Assembly (NCBI GenBank): GCA_963782915.1
Contig: CAWALK010000022.1
Span: 128,001 to 192,000 of the forward strand
Origin: an uncultured archaeon
GTDB taxonomy: Archaea > Thermoproteota > Bathyarchaeia > Bathyarchaeales > Bathycorpusculaceae
Direction: 5' to 3'
Length of the DNA stretch: 64,000 bases
Position numbers and translations under genes: made by a program. The notes beneath the pieces were generated by a model. That model was not told where the DNA came from, did not search any database, and worked only from the letters and a program-made list of their open reading frames with translations. This document shows positions 40,007 to 50,071 of the stretch, in pieces. Each line of letters opens with the position of its first letter. Position 1 is the stretch's first letter.

Positions 40007-41623
40007 CTACATAAAATCGAGCACAACTGTCTCCATCGTCTGCAGGTTCACAACGGGCACTTTACCTGGCGTGGGAACCAACCCTAATTTTTCCATGTAA
40101 TCCGTTTGTTCTTGCCAGCCGCCTGAATTTACTACGAGGACCCCGCGGTAGTTGCAGTAGCCTAAGACGTGGATGTGTCCTGCATGGAAGATGTCGGGGA
40201 CTTTGTCGACTACGAGGTAATCTCTGTTTTCTGGAGATAACATTGTTTTTCCGCCATAGAGAGGTGCTAAATGGCGGCTTTGCATGAGTAGGCGCATGGA
40301 TTTCTCTGGGTGACTGTGGTCCATGCCTGGAATGACTGAGACTATGTCGTCTAAGCTTCTGCCATGGTACATGAGGACTTCAACGCCATGTATGCTGAGT
40401 AGGCAGGGGCTGCCGACGGAGTGGATGTTTGGTTTGTCCCTGATTGCGGTTAGGTACCCTTCTGGGATGGCTGGTTGAGGCAGGGATTTGCGTGCTGCAT
40501 CATGGTTTCCAGGCGAGAGAACAATTTCAATGTATTTTGGAACCTTCTCGAGGTATTTGATAGCAAAGTCGTACTGCTTATGCACATCGCGAATTGTAAG
40601 TTCCAACTGTTGCCCAGGATAGATTCCAACACCATCCACGATGTCTCCTGCGACTAAGAGGTATTTTACTCGTCCAGCGATTTCCCGCATTTCAGGTGAT
40701 CCATATTTTCCCCGTAGCCACATTATGAAGCGTTTGAAAGCTTCCTTGGTGAACTTGGTGCTGCCAATATGGATGTCCGAAGTCAGGACAGCGTAGACGG
40801 GTTCCTGTGCCCGCTGGGGTGTCTTTCTGCCTACTTCGGGAAAAATTATGTCCTCAGCCATCAGCAGATTCGTTCTTGTTTTAATGACCGCTGCACAGAA
40901 GACGGTGTCTGGGAGAAGCTGCAGTGCTTTTCTTTTTACCTCTTCAGGAGCTTTCTGCGGAATAAGTATAGTTGCGTTCCCATTAAGGTCTTCAACTGAG
41001 AGTATGGTGTTGTTTTTGGAGTCCCGCTTCTCGGTTAGCATGCAGATGATTTTCATTTTTGTTTTCGGCTGAGACTTTAGCGCTTCAGCGATGGGTGTAG
41101 CTGCCCTAACATCCATTCTTGAACGCAGCAATTTCTCTATGCGTTTGAAGCGGTCTTGGAAGAGCCCCACGTATTCGTCGAGGGTGCCGTTGGAGGTGAG
41201 TTTGCCTGTGGCGTCCTCGAGGATTTTGAGGTCTGAGGGTATGTCTTTGGCGTATGGGTAGAAGTAGCCTGCTTCGTCGGTGGCGTTTATGGTTGGGGCG
41301 GAGTAGTTTTCGGTTTGTTGCTGGGGTGTATATGTTTGGGTGTGTTCTGGGATTGCTTTAGCGTTGGCTTGCTCTTGTTGTGCGATGGCTTTCTGCATCT
41401 CTGCAACCGCTAATTGATGAATAACTGCTACTAGTTTGTCTCGGTCGATAAACATGGGTTTATCATCTAGCGAGGCTAGCTGCAATAGCGCCATGTTTAT
41501 GACGGCTTCGGGGTCCATGGTGTCTGCGTTTTGGATGAGGAACTCAAAGGCTTCGCTGTTAAGCTGATAGCCTGCAGCCATTGTTGCTTCAATTGCTCTT
41601 TGGAGTCTCTCTTGTGTACTCAT
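40007..41623 (-). CDS. polB: DNA polymerase D small (exonuclease) subunit DP1
   Basis: SDIHIGS, AGDIVDG, PGNHDA, YHG, HAGHIH calcineurin-like motifs. Confidence 0.95.
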   Translation of the reverse strand: MSTQERLQRAIEATMAAGYQLNSEAFEFLIQNADTMDPEAVINMALLQLASLDDKPMFIDRDKLVAVIHQLAVAEMQKAIAQQEQANAKAIPEHTQTYTPQQQTENYSAPTINATDEAGYFYPYAKDIPSDLKILEDATGKLTSNGTLDEYVGLFQDRFKRIEKLLRSRMDVRAATPIAEALKSQPKTKMKIICMLTEKRDSKNNTILSVEDLNGNATILIPQKAPEEVKRKALQLLPDTVFCAAVIKTRTNLLMAEDIIFPEVGRKTPQRAQEPVYAVLTSDIHIGSTKFTKEAFKRFIMWLRGKYGSPEMREIAGRVKYLLVAGDIVDGVGIYPGQQLELTIRDVHKQYDFAIKYLEKVPKYIEIVLSPGNHDAARKSLPQPAIPEGYLTAIRDKPNIHSVGSPCLLSIHGVEVLMYHGRSLDDIVSVIPGMDHSHPEKSMRLLMQSRHLAPLYGGKTMLSPENRDYLVVDKVPDIFHAGHIHVLGYCNYRGVLVVNSGGWQEQTDYMEKLGLVPTPGKVPVVNLQTMETVVLDFM

Positions 41624-41826
41624 CCAGTTTTCTGCCCATGATTAGTGCTATCTATAATGGTTAGGAGGTATTGCTTTTGGCTTATTTACTGTTTCTCGTT
41701 TGGCTAAGAAGTTCTCAAGTAAGCGTACTGATTGGCGTTTATCGTTTTATTGTATCGAACTTTCGATTTAATTTATATATTCAGGGTCTCGTTTAGATGT
41801 GTTATAACTCCCTGAGGCGATATAGA

Positions 41827-42798
41827 ATGGGTGAAACTCGAAGGATTCAGCAAACACCGACAGGGACTTTCTTTGTCTGTTTACTGAAAGATTGGGCATT
41901 GGCAAATGACCTCAAGAAAGGTGCAGAGGTCAAATTAGAAGTAACAAGTGACGGTAAACTGCTTATCGACGCAAAAAGTGAGGTTGAACAACAACCCAAA
42001 GAAGCTTGCCTAAAAGTAGGACCCTACTTGAGCCGCGAAATCGTCGGCCGCTACCTGCTTGGCTATGACATAATTAAAGTGGAAGCAAAAGACCGCATCG
42101 ACTCAACTGTTCGAAACATCATTAAATCAACAGCGAACTCGCTAGCTGGATTAATGATAGTTGAAGAAACCACCTCCATGATGACCCTGCAGTGCCTAAT
42201 GCAGCAACCCTTTACCTCACCAGAAAAGATTCTGCAGCGAAACCAAGCGAGTACCATCCGAATGATCCGCGACGCAGTCAGTTCCTTTGTTGCTTCAGAC
42301 ATGGATTTAGCTAAAAACGTTATCGAACGAGACGTTGAGAACAACAAATTCTATTTCTTGCTCGTGCGAATTCTGCGTACTATACTTCAAAATCCCCGAC
42401 TCAGCGAAAAACTCTCTATCGCCCCCATCGAATGCTTAGACTACCGCTTAATTGCAGGATTCATCGAAGGCATCGGCGATGCATGTGTTCAAATGGCGCA
42501 TAATTCGCTGGAACTTGACGGCACAAAGCTGTCTGAGGAACTGCGTAAACTGTTGCTGGAGTTGCAGTCCACCTGCTGTGAAGCTAACGAAAGTGCATTC
42601 AAATCTTTCCTAAGCAAGGACATCTCGTTAGCCGAAAATGTGCGTAATTTGAGGGCAAAGGTTGATGATAACTGCTCGAGGATTGAGGTTGCCGCGAAGG
42701 ATTCCTCGGTGGATTTGATGCCGCAGATTTTGGCGGCGGTGTCTTTTCTACGCCAGATTTATGAGCGTAGTGTGGACATGGCTGACCTTGTTGTCTAA
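41827..42798 (+). CDS. AbrB-PhoU phosphate uptake regulator
   Basis: ETRRIQQT..TFFVCL..DW AbrB-like N-terminus, YLLGYDII, two PhoU-like helical bundles. Confidence 0.88.
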   Translation: MGETRRIQQTPTGTFFVCLLKDWALANDLKKGAEVKLEVTSDGKLLIDAKSEVEQQPKEACLKVGPYLSREIVGRYLLGYDIIKVEAKDRIDSTVRNIIKSTANSLAGLMIVEETTSMMTLQCLMQQPFTSPEKILQRNQASTIRMIRDAVSSFVASDMDLAKNVIERDVENNKFYFLLVRILRTILQNPRLSEKLSIAPIECLDYRLIAGFIEGIGDACVQMAHNSLELDGTKLSEELRKLLLELQSTCCEANESAFKSFLSKDISLAENVRNLRAKVDDNCSRIEVAAKDSSVDLMPQILAAVSFLRQIYERSVDMADLVV

Positions 42799-42806
42799 CC
42801 GCGTCA

Positions 42807-43000
42807 TTTTTCAATCTTAGAAGATTTTTCTGACACCCCCTTGTTTCATCTTCTACCAACGGGCTTTACAGGCGATTGTGTTTTGTATTCAGCGTTTGCG
42901 AGGCGTTGCAGTTGGTTGCATTTTGATTCTGCAAGCAGTTCGAATCTGAACTATGGAGGACCTACCTCCTCAGAGGTACCTCCCCCTCCCTTATATAAAG
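42807..43000 (+). repeat. Dispersed repeat copy with terminal C-rich motif
   Basis: Collinear with 7164-7375, including GGAGGACCTACCT..CCCCCTCCCTTATA versus GGAGAACCTACCT..CCCCCTCCCCTAT. Confidence 0.7.
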
Positions 43001-43077
43001 CGCCAAATGTAGATTCAACCACTATTTGCCTGCTAAAGGGTTAAATCTACAATTACCCATTCTCAACGGGGAACCGT

Positions 43078-43698
43078 ATGTCAATAACAACCGACAAAAT
43101 CGCAAACGCACTATACCTCTCAGGATGCCTAAGGTTTGGCAGCTTCAAAATCAAGTCAGGCGCAATCAGCCCCTACTACATAGACATGGCACGCGTCCTC
43201 TCTGCGCCAAAACAGCTGGATGTCATCGCTGAGGTGGCAGCAGAAAAAATCAAGCAAATCTCAGCTTCCGATCCTATTGACAAGTTGGCTTCAATCGAAC
43301 TCAAAGGCGCCCTAATCGTACCCAGCATCGGCATCAAAACCGACATGCCCTGCATCATCGTGCGCAAAGAAGAGAAAGCCTACGGCGTCACAGGCAGAAT
43401 CGCGGGCGCAGACGTAACCAAAGGCGACAACGTGCTCTTTTTCGACGACGTAATCAGCGAGGGCTTATCAAAAATCGAAGGCATAAAACCCTTAGTAGAA
43501 CTCGGCGCCAAAGTCAAACATATGCTCGTCGTAGTCAACCGTGAACATGGTGGAAAAGAAAACCTTGAAAAACTCGGTTACCAAGTGCACGCGCTAGCAA
43601 AAATCACCGACATAGTCAACTCACTATACGCCAACAAGCACATCTCAAAAGAAGAAGCCGACAAAGTTCTCGACTACGTCAAACACTTCAAAGCTTAA
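43078..43698 (+). CDS. pyrE: Orotate phosphoribosyltransferase
   Basis: FGSFKIKSGAISPYYIDM, RKEEKAYG, FFDDVISEG PRPP motif. Confidence 0.92.
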   Translation: MSITTDKIANALYLSGCLRFGSFKIKSGAISPYYIDMARVLSAPKQLDVIAEVAAEKIKQISASDPIDKLASIELKGALIVPSIGIKTDMPCIIVRKEEKAYGVTGRIAGADVTKGDNVLFFDDVISEGLSKIEGIKPLVELGAKVKHMLVVVNREHGGKENLEKLGYQVHALAKITDIVNSLYANKHISKEEADKVLDYVKHFKA

Positions 43699-43927
43699 CG
43701 ACTATACCAATCGACAACTCTTTCAGTAGCGTTTTTTGAATAACCGCTACTTTTAAGCGCCTTTTTCAAATTCAACCTATCACTAGCTGGCAATACAATC
43801 CCAAAACTTCTCCGACGCGTAAAATATAAAGTTAACCACACCCCCAAAAAACCGCAGCCCATACTTTTTACCCTTAACTTTATTGGCATCCACCCGCACA
43901 GAATACTCCAAAAGGATGCGCCAAAAA

Positions 43928-44932
43928 ATGCAAACCAACCCCATAGTAGAGGCAATGCTAAACCCACAAACCTACCCTGAAGAAACAGGAAAAATAGAAC
44001 TCATCCAAACACACATCTCATTCGTCTTCCTGACAAATAATTTCGTTTACAAAGTTAAGAAACCCGTGAATTTTGGGTTCCTGGATTTCTCCACACTCGA
44101 TAAGAGGCATGCCTTCTGCGAAAAAGAGCTCCAACTAAACAGACGCCTCTGCCCAGAAATCTACCTCGAAGTAGTACCCATAAACAAATCCAAATCCCTC
44201 AAGATCAAGGGCAGCGGAGAAACCTTTGAGTACGCCCTAAAAATGAAGCGCCTACCCCAAGAACGCATAATGACCCAGCTCCTCCAAGAGGGCAAAGTAG
44301 ACAAAAAAACAATAGATGAACTCGCCGCCATAGTTGCCAAATTCCACTCAGAAGCACAAACCAACGCTGAAATAAGCGAATTCGGCGGGCTCAAGATCGT
44401 GAAGACTAACTGGGACGAAAACTTTGCCCAAACAACCAAGTACATCGGCCAAAGCATCTCCAAATCCGATTACGATTTCATGCAAAACAAAATCAACGGC
44501 TTCATGGACAAAAACAAAGCCCTCTTCGATAGCCGCATCGCAGACAAACGGGTCCGCGACTGCCATGGCGACTTACATTCAGGCAACATCTTCATAACCG
44601 ATAAAATCTGCATATTCGACGCCATAGAATTCAACGACCGCTTCCGATACAGCGACGTAGCCGCCGACGTAGCCTTCCTAGCCATGGACCTCGACTACCA
44701 AAACAGAACTGACCTAGCCGACTACTTCATCGCACAATACATCGCCTACTCCAAGGATGCCCAGCTGAAAAAACTGCTGCCCTTCTACAAGTGCTACCGT
44801 GCCTACGTGCGGGGCAAAGTCATCAGCTTCAGACTCGACGACGCCAACATTAATGCAGAAGAAAAAGCCGCCGCCATAAAAGAAGCCAAAGCATACTTCC
44901 AGCTAGCCGCTGAGTATGCAAAAAACCTCTAA
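43928..44932 (+). CDS. Aminoglycoside-phosphotransferase-like kinase (COG2187-type, stand-alone)
   Basis: QTHISFVFL, YKVKKPVNFGFLDFS, CHGDLH, FDAIEFNDRFR, YRAYVRGKV. Confidence 0.88.
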   Translation: MQTNPIVEAMLNPQTYPEETGKIELIQTHISFVFLTNNFVYKVKKPVNFGFLDFSTLDKRHAFCEKELQLNRRLCPEIYLEVVPINKSKSLKIKGSGETFEYALKMKRLPQERIMTQLLQEGKVDKKTIDELAAIVAKFHSEAQTNAEISEFGGLKIVKTNWDENFAQTTKYIGQSISKSDYDFMQNKINGFMDKNKALFDSRIADKRVRDCHGDLHSGNIFITDKICIFDAIEFNDRFRYSDVAADVAFLAMDLDYQNRTDLADYFIAQYIAYSKDAQLKKLLPFYKCYRAYVRGKVISFRLDDANINAEEKAAAIKEAKAYFQLAAEYAKNL

Positions 44933-44936
44933 TTCC

Positions 44937-45806
44937 TTATTTTTTAAATTGGTCTGCAACCCAGTTGGGTACGTCAACGGTGCCCATTACGACTGGTTTT
45001 TGGTGGCAGTCGCTGCCGCCTGTCATGATTAAGCCGTTCTCTTTTGCAAACGCGACATAGTGGTTTGTTGTTTGTGGATTGTGTCTTGAGTGCCAGCATT
45101 CTACGCCGTCGATGTATGGTAGCATGGAGTCTTTGATTATTTGTGTCTGCTCAGGCAATGCTTTGGTTAATCCTGCTAGCGATGTTCCATGAGGATCGTC
45201 TGGGTGCGCTATCACTAGTTTTCCGCCTGCTGACCTGATGAGTTTCGAGGCTTCTTCGAGATACAGCGGATATTTTGGTACATCACATTTGACGAGGTAT
45301 TTGTCGAAGGCTTCCTGTCGGCTAGCCACAATGCCTTTCTTAACCAGATAATCTGCGATGTGGGGTCTGCCCAAGGTGCCATCCACGCTCTCTTCGATTT
45401 TGTGCAGATCATCTTTTGTCAGAGCTGCGATGTTTTCTTTTACGAATTCAGCGTTTAGGTTATCAAGGATTTTAGCTGCCCGCTCCTCTCGGTAATGCGC
45501 CATCAAAGCAAGCTTGCTCTTGAGCGCCTCATTGTCGGGGTTGAATTGGTAACCCAAAAAATCCAGCGAAACAGCTTTGCCTTCCTTGTATTTGGGATGG
45601 GAAAAAGTGACGTTTAACTCAACACCTGTCAGGTAGCTGATATCTGCTTTAGCAGCTTCCTCGGTGGCTCGGGTTTGGCACGTGATGGAGTCATGGTCGC
45701 TAATTGCTAAAAAATTGATATTTCGGGTTTTGGCTTCCCGAACGATTTCTGAAACGGTGTATTTGCCGTCGGACGCGCTGGAGTGGATATGTAAATCAAT
45801 GGTCAT
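44937..45806 (-). CDS. PHP-domain phosphoesterase (TrpH/YciV-like)
   Basis: DLHIHSSASDG, SDHD, GVE, GRPHIA, AHP, GGSDCH. Confidence 0.92.
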   Translation of the reverse strand: MTIDLHIHSSASDGKYTVSEIVREAKTRNINFLAISDHDSITCQTRATEEAAKADISYLTGVELNVTFSHPKYKEGKAVSLDFLGYQFNPDNEALKSKLALMAHYREERAAKILDNLNAEFVKENIAALTKDDLHKIEESVDGTLGRPHIADYLVKKGIVASRQEAFDKYLVKCDVPKYPLYLEEASKLIRSAGGKLVIAHPDDPHGTSLAGLTKALPEQTQIIKDSMLPYIDGVECWHSRHNPQTTNHYVAFAKENGLIMTGGSDCHQKPVVMGTVDVPNWVADQFKK

Positions 45807-45819
45807 GGGGAAGTGTTCG

Positions 45820-46425
45820 TTACCTCTTTTCTTCTCCGATTATGAACCATTGGTCCATTTCGTTGTGGCAGGTGTCGACTGTTAAGTGGGTGATTTTGAG
45901 GTTGGGGTATTTTTTCTTGATGGCGTCTATGTCTACGGCTTCGAATTTGTTTTTGTTAGCTAAGTACGCTTCCTCTGTTAGGGCGTTGGATTCATATTTT
46001 TCTTTGGTTCGCTTCATTATTCTAGCAATAGAGACTTCTTGGGGGCAACTGGTTTGCAAGATGACAAAGGTCATGTTGTTTTTTGCCGCAATTTCTGCCG
46101 CACGTTCACGAAGACCTTGCGCAACAAAGGTTGCATCCAAAATCATGCCGCCACTACTCTTCGCTGCTAATTCGTCTGCTCGCCTGAACACTTCATCATA
46201 GACAGACATTCGCTTGTTCATGTTTCCAGCGACTTTAGCATCAAAAATATCCTCGTTCTTTAAGACTTCTAGTCTGATTAAGTCGCTGCGGAGGATAGGA
46301 TAACCCTTGATTTTAGCGATTTCTTCGGCGGTTTCGGTTTTGTAACTTGCCGGTAACCCGCATGTGATAAGGAGAGTTCTTGGTTCCAGTTTCTTTTCGA
46401 CAAAAGAGGCAAAAGCTTCTTTCAT
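45820..46425 (-). CDS. P-loop kinase (AAA_33/COG0645-like)
   Basis: CGLPASYKT P-loop variant, RSDLIR, ILDATF. Confidence 0.85.
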   Translation of the reverse strand: MKEAFASFVEKKLEPRTLLITCGLPASYKTETAEEIAKIKGYPILRSDLIRLEVLKNEDIFDAKVAGNMNKRMSVYDEVFRRADELAAKSSGGMILDATFVAQGLRERAAEIAAKNNMTFVILQTSCPQEVSIARIMKRTKEKYESNALTEEAYLANKNKFEAVDIDAIKKKYPNLKITHLTVDTCHNEMDQWFIIGEEKR

Positions 46426-46581
46426 TATTGGTACACCCTGAGTATAGTTAGCTTGGATGATGTGTGATTTAACTTTTTCCAGCTAAAACCGCTCTCTACC
46501 ACACTTTACACCTTAGTGAAAGAGAGGTAAATCTCTAAATAGGGAAAGTACACACAATTCGATAAAAGAAGGAATCAAGTC

Positions 46582-47840
46582 ATGGAAGACTTCCAAGTTA
46601 AAGATAAAAGTCTTGCACCGCAAGGCCACTTACAGATTGAATGGGCAGCCAAACACATGCCCGTTCTAAACATCATAAAAACCCGCTTCGAAAAAGAACA
46701 ACCACTCAAAGGCCAAACCCTCGCCGCATGCCTCCACGTAACCAAAGAAACAGCAGTACTCATCAAAGTACTCATCGCCGGAGGCGCAAAAGTCGCAGTA
46801 TGCGGTTCAAACCCACTCTCAACCCAAGACGACGTCGCCGCAGCCCTAGCAGACAGCGGAGTGCACGTTTATGCTTGGAGAGGCCAAAACACAGAGGACT
46901 ACTACAAATGCATGGAAAACGTCCTCGCATACAAACCAACAATCACTATGGATGACGGCGCAGACGTCGTGGGCATGATTCACAGCAAACGCCCAGACCT
47001 AATCAAAGACATCAAAGGCGGAACAGAAGAAACCACCACAGGCGTCGTCCGCTTAAAAGCCATGGAAAAAGATGGCAGCCTCAAATACCCAATCGTAGCA
47101 GTAAACGAAGCACTTACCAAATACCTCTTTGATAACCGCTACGGAACAGGCCAAAGCACCATCGACGGCATCCTACGCGCAACCTCGGTGCTACTTAGCA
47201 GGCAAAAACTTTGTTGTCGGCGGATACGGCTGGTGCAGCAGAGGCATCGCCATGCGCGCACAAGGCTTAGGCGCAAACGTCATAGTAACAGAAGTCCAAC
47301 CCACCCGCGCTCTAGAAGCAGTCATGAACGGCTTACGCGTCATGACCATGGCTGAAGCAGCCCCAATCGGCGACATCTTCGTAACAGCCACAGGCGACAT
47401 AAGCGTCATACGCAAAGAACACCTAGAAAAAATGAAGGACGGCGCCATAATGTGCAACAGCGGCCACTTCAACGTCGAAATCAACATCCCCGACTTAGAA
47501 TCAATCAGCAAAGCCAAACGCACAATGCGCCCCAACATGGAAGAATACACAACCAAAGACAACAGACACCTCTACCTACTAGGCGAAGGCAGACTAGTCA
47601 ACCTAGCCGCAGCAGAAGGCCACCCATCAGAAGTCATGGACATGTCATTTGCCAACCAAGCACTCTGCGCAGAATTCGTCGCAAAATCACGCCAAACTAG
47701 ACACCAAAGTCTACAATGTACCAAAAGACATCGACGAGAAAATCGCTGAACTAAAACTAAAAAGCATGGGCATCACGATCGATGAGTTGACAGCTGAACA
47801 GAAAAAGTATCTTTCCACATGGGAAATGGGAACAACCTAA
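46582..47840 (+). CDS. ahcY: Adenosylhomocysteinase; two frameshifts
   Basis: [63 protein letters not shown] over three ORFs. Confidence 0.95.
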
Positions 47841-47920
47841 TCACCCTTCCCTTGGAAACCATGACAAACTTTAAATTGATTAACCGAATACATGGCTACT
47901 AAAGTTAGGTGAATCACTAA

Positions 47921-48273
47921 ATGGTTAGCAAAGATCAAGGAATAGGTGGAGCAATACTCGCAGTCTGCGTTATCGTAGCAATAGGCTACCTCGTAACATT
48001 ATTCGTATCCACAGTTGGCTCGTCACATATCGGGCTACATCAGACAGCACAGCAAACGTTCAATTCTGGGTCATCGCAGTACCAGTCTTCATAGCTTTCG
48101 TCGCAATCCTCTTCATAGGTGCATGGATCGGATGGACAATGGCAACAACACCCCCTCCAAAACCAATCGAAGAAATCACAACTGAAATCGAAGACAAAAA
48201 AGAAGAGCCTAAAGTAGAGCAAGCAGCGGCACCTGAAACTGCCACCGAAGAAAAAGCTAAGAAAAAGAAATAA
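47921..48273 (+). CDS. Small two-TM archaeal membrane protein; frameshifted, not in ORF track
   Basis: MVSKDQGIGGAILAVCVIVAIGYLV... then QFWVIAVPVFIAFVAILFIGAWIGWTMATTPPPKPIEE...KKKK*; AGGTGA RBS. Confidence 0.78.
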
Positions 48274-48371
48274 ATTCTTTTCTTTTTTAATTTTAAAATC
48301 TTCTCTTTAATTTTTCTCTATCTCAATTCGTCTGACGCCATTAGTCTGCCATTTACGTTTGAAATTAAGAA

Positions 48372-48738
48372 TCAGAAGTCACGCATTTTTCTAAGCATGC
48401 AATCAACTATGTTCTTGCATACAAGGCAGTTATCGGGAATTTCCTTTTGCGTTCGCTCACTTAGGTAGCCTAGATGAAACTGGCAAGCTGCAGGTTTCTC
48501 ATTGACTCTTGGGTGAACCCTGTTTGCTCTCGGCCTCCGATGGCTTCTGCGGTGCCTGAGGTAGCTGGCACGGTTTTTCTTGACTTTGAAGCTCGGGCAT
48601 TTCTATTTTACTTAAGCAGAAAGGACAAGCGAAATAGGGCTCAGAAGGGTTTTCTTGAAGGTTCAGTGTCTTAAGGGGCGCTGTAAATGATTTTTTACAA
48701 GAAATATTTGGGCATGTGAAAGTTTTCTTTTCCCCCAT
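48372..48738 (-). CDS. Small protein with two Cys-rich domains; frameshifted
   Basis: N-terminal CPNISC...CPFC; other frame gives CQFHLGYLSERTQKEIPDNCLVCKNIVDCML*. Confidence 0.75.
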
Positions 48739-48816
48739 TACAGCACCACTAAGCTTACCAATTAACCCATAGAAAGGGTGTGGGCGCTTATAGTGTTGCC
48801 GAATTCAAAATAAGAA

Positions 48817-50019
48817 TTAAGCCCCTTCAACACTGCAGCTTTCGCTGGGAGACGCAAGCGTCTTTAGTGCATTTGCTCCCTCAGCATATCCGCTTGCAAC
48901 CAGCACGTCGCCGACTGCAATTTTGGAATCCGCACGGGGCCGCAAGCACTTATCCTCACGTTTTATAACTAAAACCCACATGCCTGTCTCATCATGCACC
49001 CGCGCCTCCTTGAGCGTCTTGCCCACCAAGGATGAATCCGCTGAAACACAAGCTTGCGTAACAGTTTCCTCCGCCTCCTTAATCGTCAACTTTAGAATCG
49101 GATGCGGCTCGACTCCGCGCAGTACCACCTCTGCCATTTCTGCTGCTGCATCAGCAATTTTTTCTGTTGCAACACCCAAACGGATTAACCCCAGAAAACC
49201 TGAGGCTTCCTCTTTGGGAAAATCACTCGTTAGAGCGAGTAACTCAAAATCAGTGTGCATCTGATCCATGCGTTCCTCAAGCCGCTCAACTTCTTCAGCT
49301 AATTCTTTACTGTTGAGCAACAGCGCAGAGTACGCTAAATCAATCATCAATTCGGAAGTATCTTTTAATTCGACGAATCTTGAAACGATCTCTTCAAACT
49401 TTGCACGTTTCTCTGGTGCTAAGGTTGAAAGTTTGCCTTCGGCTAAATCCTTGAATTCCTCAATCCCCGACGGTGCGCCACGAGTGATTAGAATATCACC
49501 TTGGAAAACGCGTTCTTTCTTGTTGGGGTTTAGTATCCAATCGTGGTTTCTGCGGATGGCGATGATATCTACGCCCATGGATGCGGCTAAGTCGAGTTCG
49601 CCGATTTGTTTTTTGATGAGTGACGAGTTGGGTTTGACTGTGACTTTCATTAGGCGCTCTTCAACTTTCTCAAAAATTTCGCCAACGATTGGGTGGATGC
49701 CGATGTTGCGGGTTACGATGCCTGCGATGTCTGCTGCTGCATCGCTGATTTTGTCAGTAGAAGCTGCTACCGTTGAGACGCCGATTAGTTGTTCTGCATC
49801 TTTGGGGTCACGTGCAGCAACCATAATCTCCATATCCAGCAGGTATGCGAGGTTGTCGACTCTGCTTTCTAATGCCAGCACATCTTCGGCTAGGTCCTTA
49901 TCGTTGTATAAAGCAGCGGAGTATGCAAGGTCAATCATTAATTCTGAGAGATTCTTCATCTCGAGTAAAAGCTGCCGAACTGGGATGGGTTTATACTCTA
50001 TTTTTTCAAATTGAGGCAA
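48817..50019 (-). CDS. Duplicated PhoU + TrkA-C (RCK_C) protein
   Basis: Two copies of K..SELMIDLAYSA...KI.DAAA followed by RCK_C domains. Confidence 0.88.
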   Translation of the reverse strand: MPQFEKIEYKPIPVRQLLLEMKNLSELMIDLAYSAALYNDKDLAEDVLALESRVDNLAYLLDMEIMVAARDPKDAEQLIGVSTVAASTDKISDAAADIAGIVTRNIGIHPIVGEIFEKVEERLMKVTVKPNSSLIKKQIGELDLAASMGVDIIAIRRNHDWILNPNKKERVFQGDILITRGAPSGIEEFKDLAEGKLSTLAPEKRAKFEEIVSRFVELKDTSELMIDLAYSALLLNSKELAEEVERLEERMDQMHTDFELLALTSDFPKEEASGFLGLIRLGVATEKIADAAAEMAEVVLRGVEPHPILKLTIKEAEETVTQACVSADSSLVGKTLKEARVHDETGMWVLVIKREDKCLRPRADSKIAVGDVLVASGYAEGANALKTLASPSESCSVEGA

Positions 50020-50071
50020 AGTGAAAAGAGCGCTCCATACTATTACTTGTTTTTTGATTATTTTAATTTGC

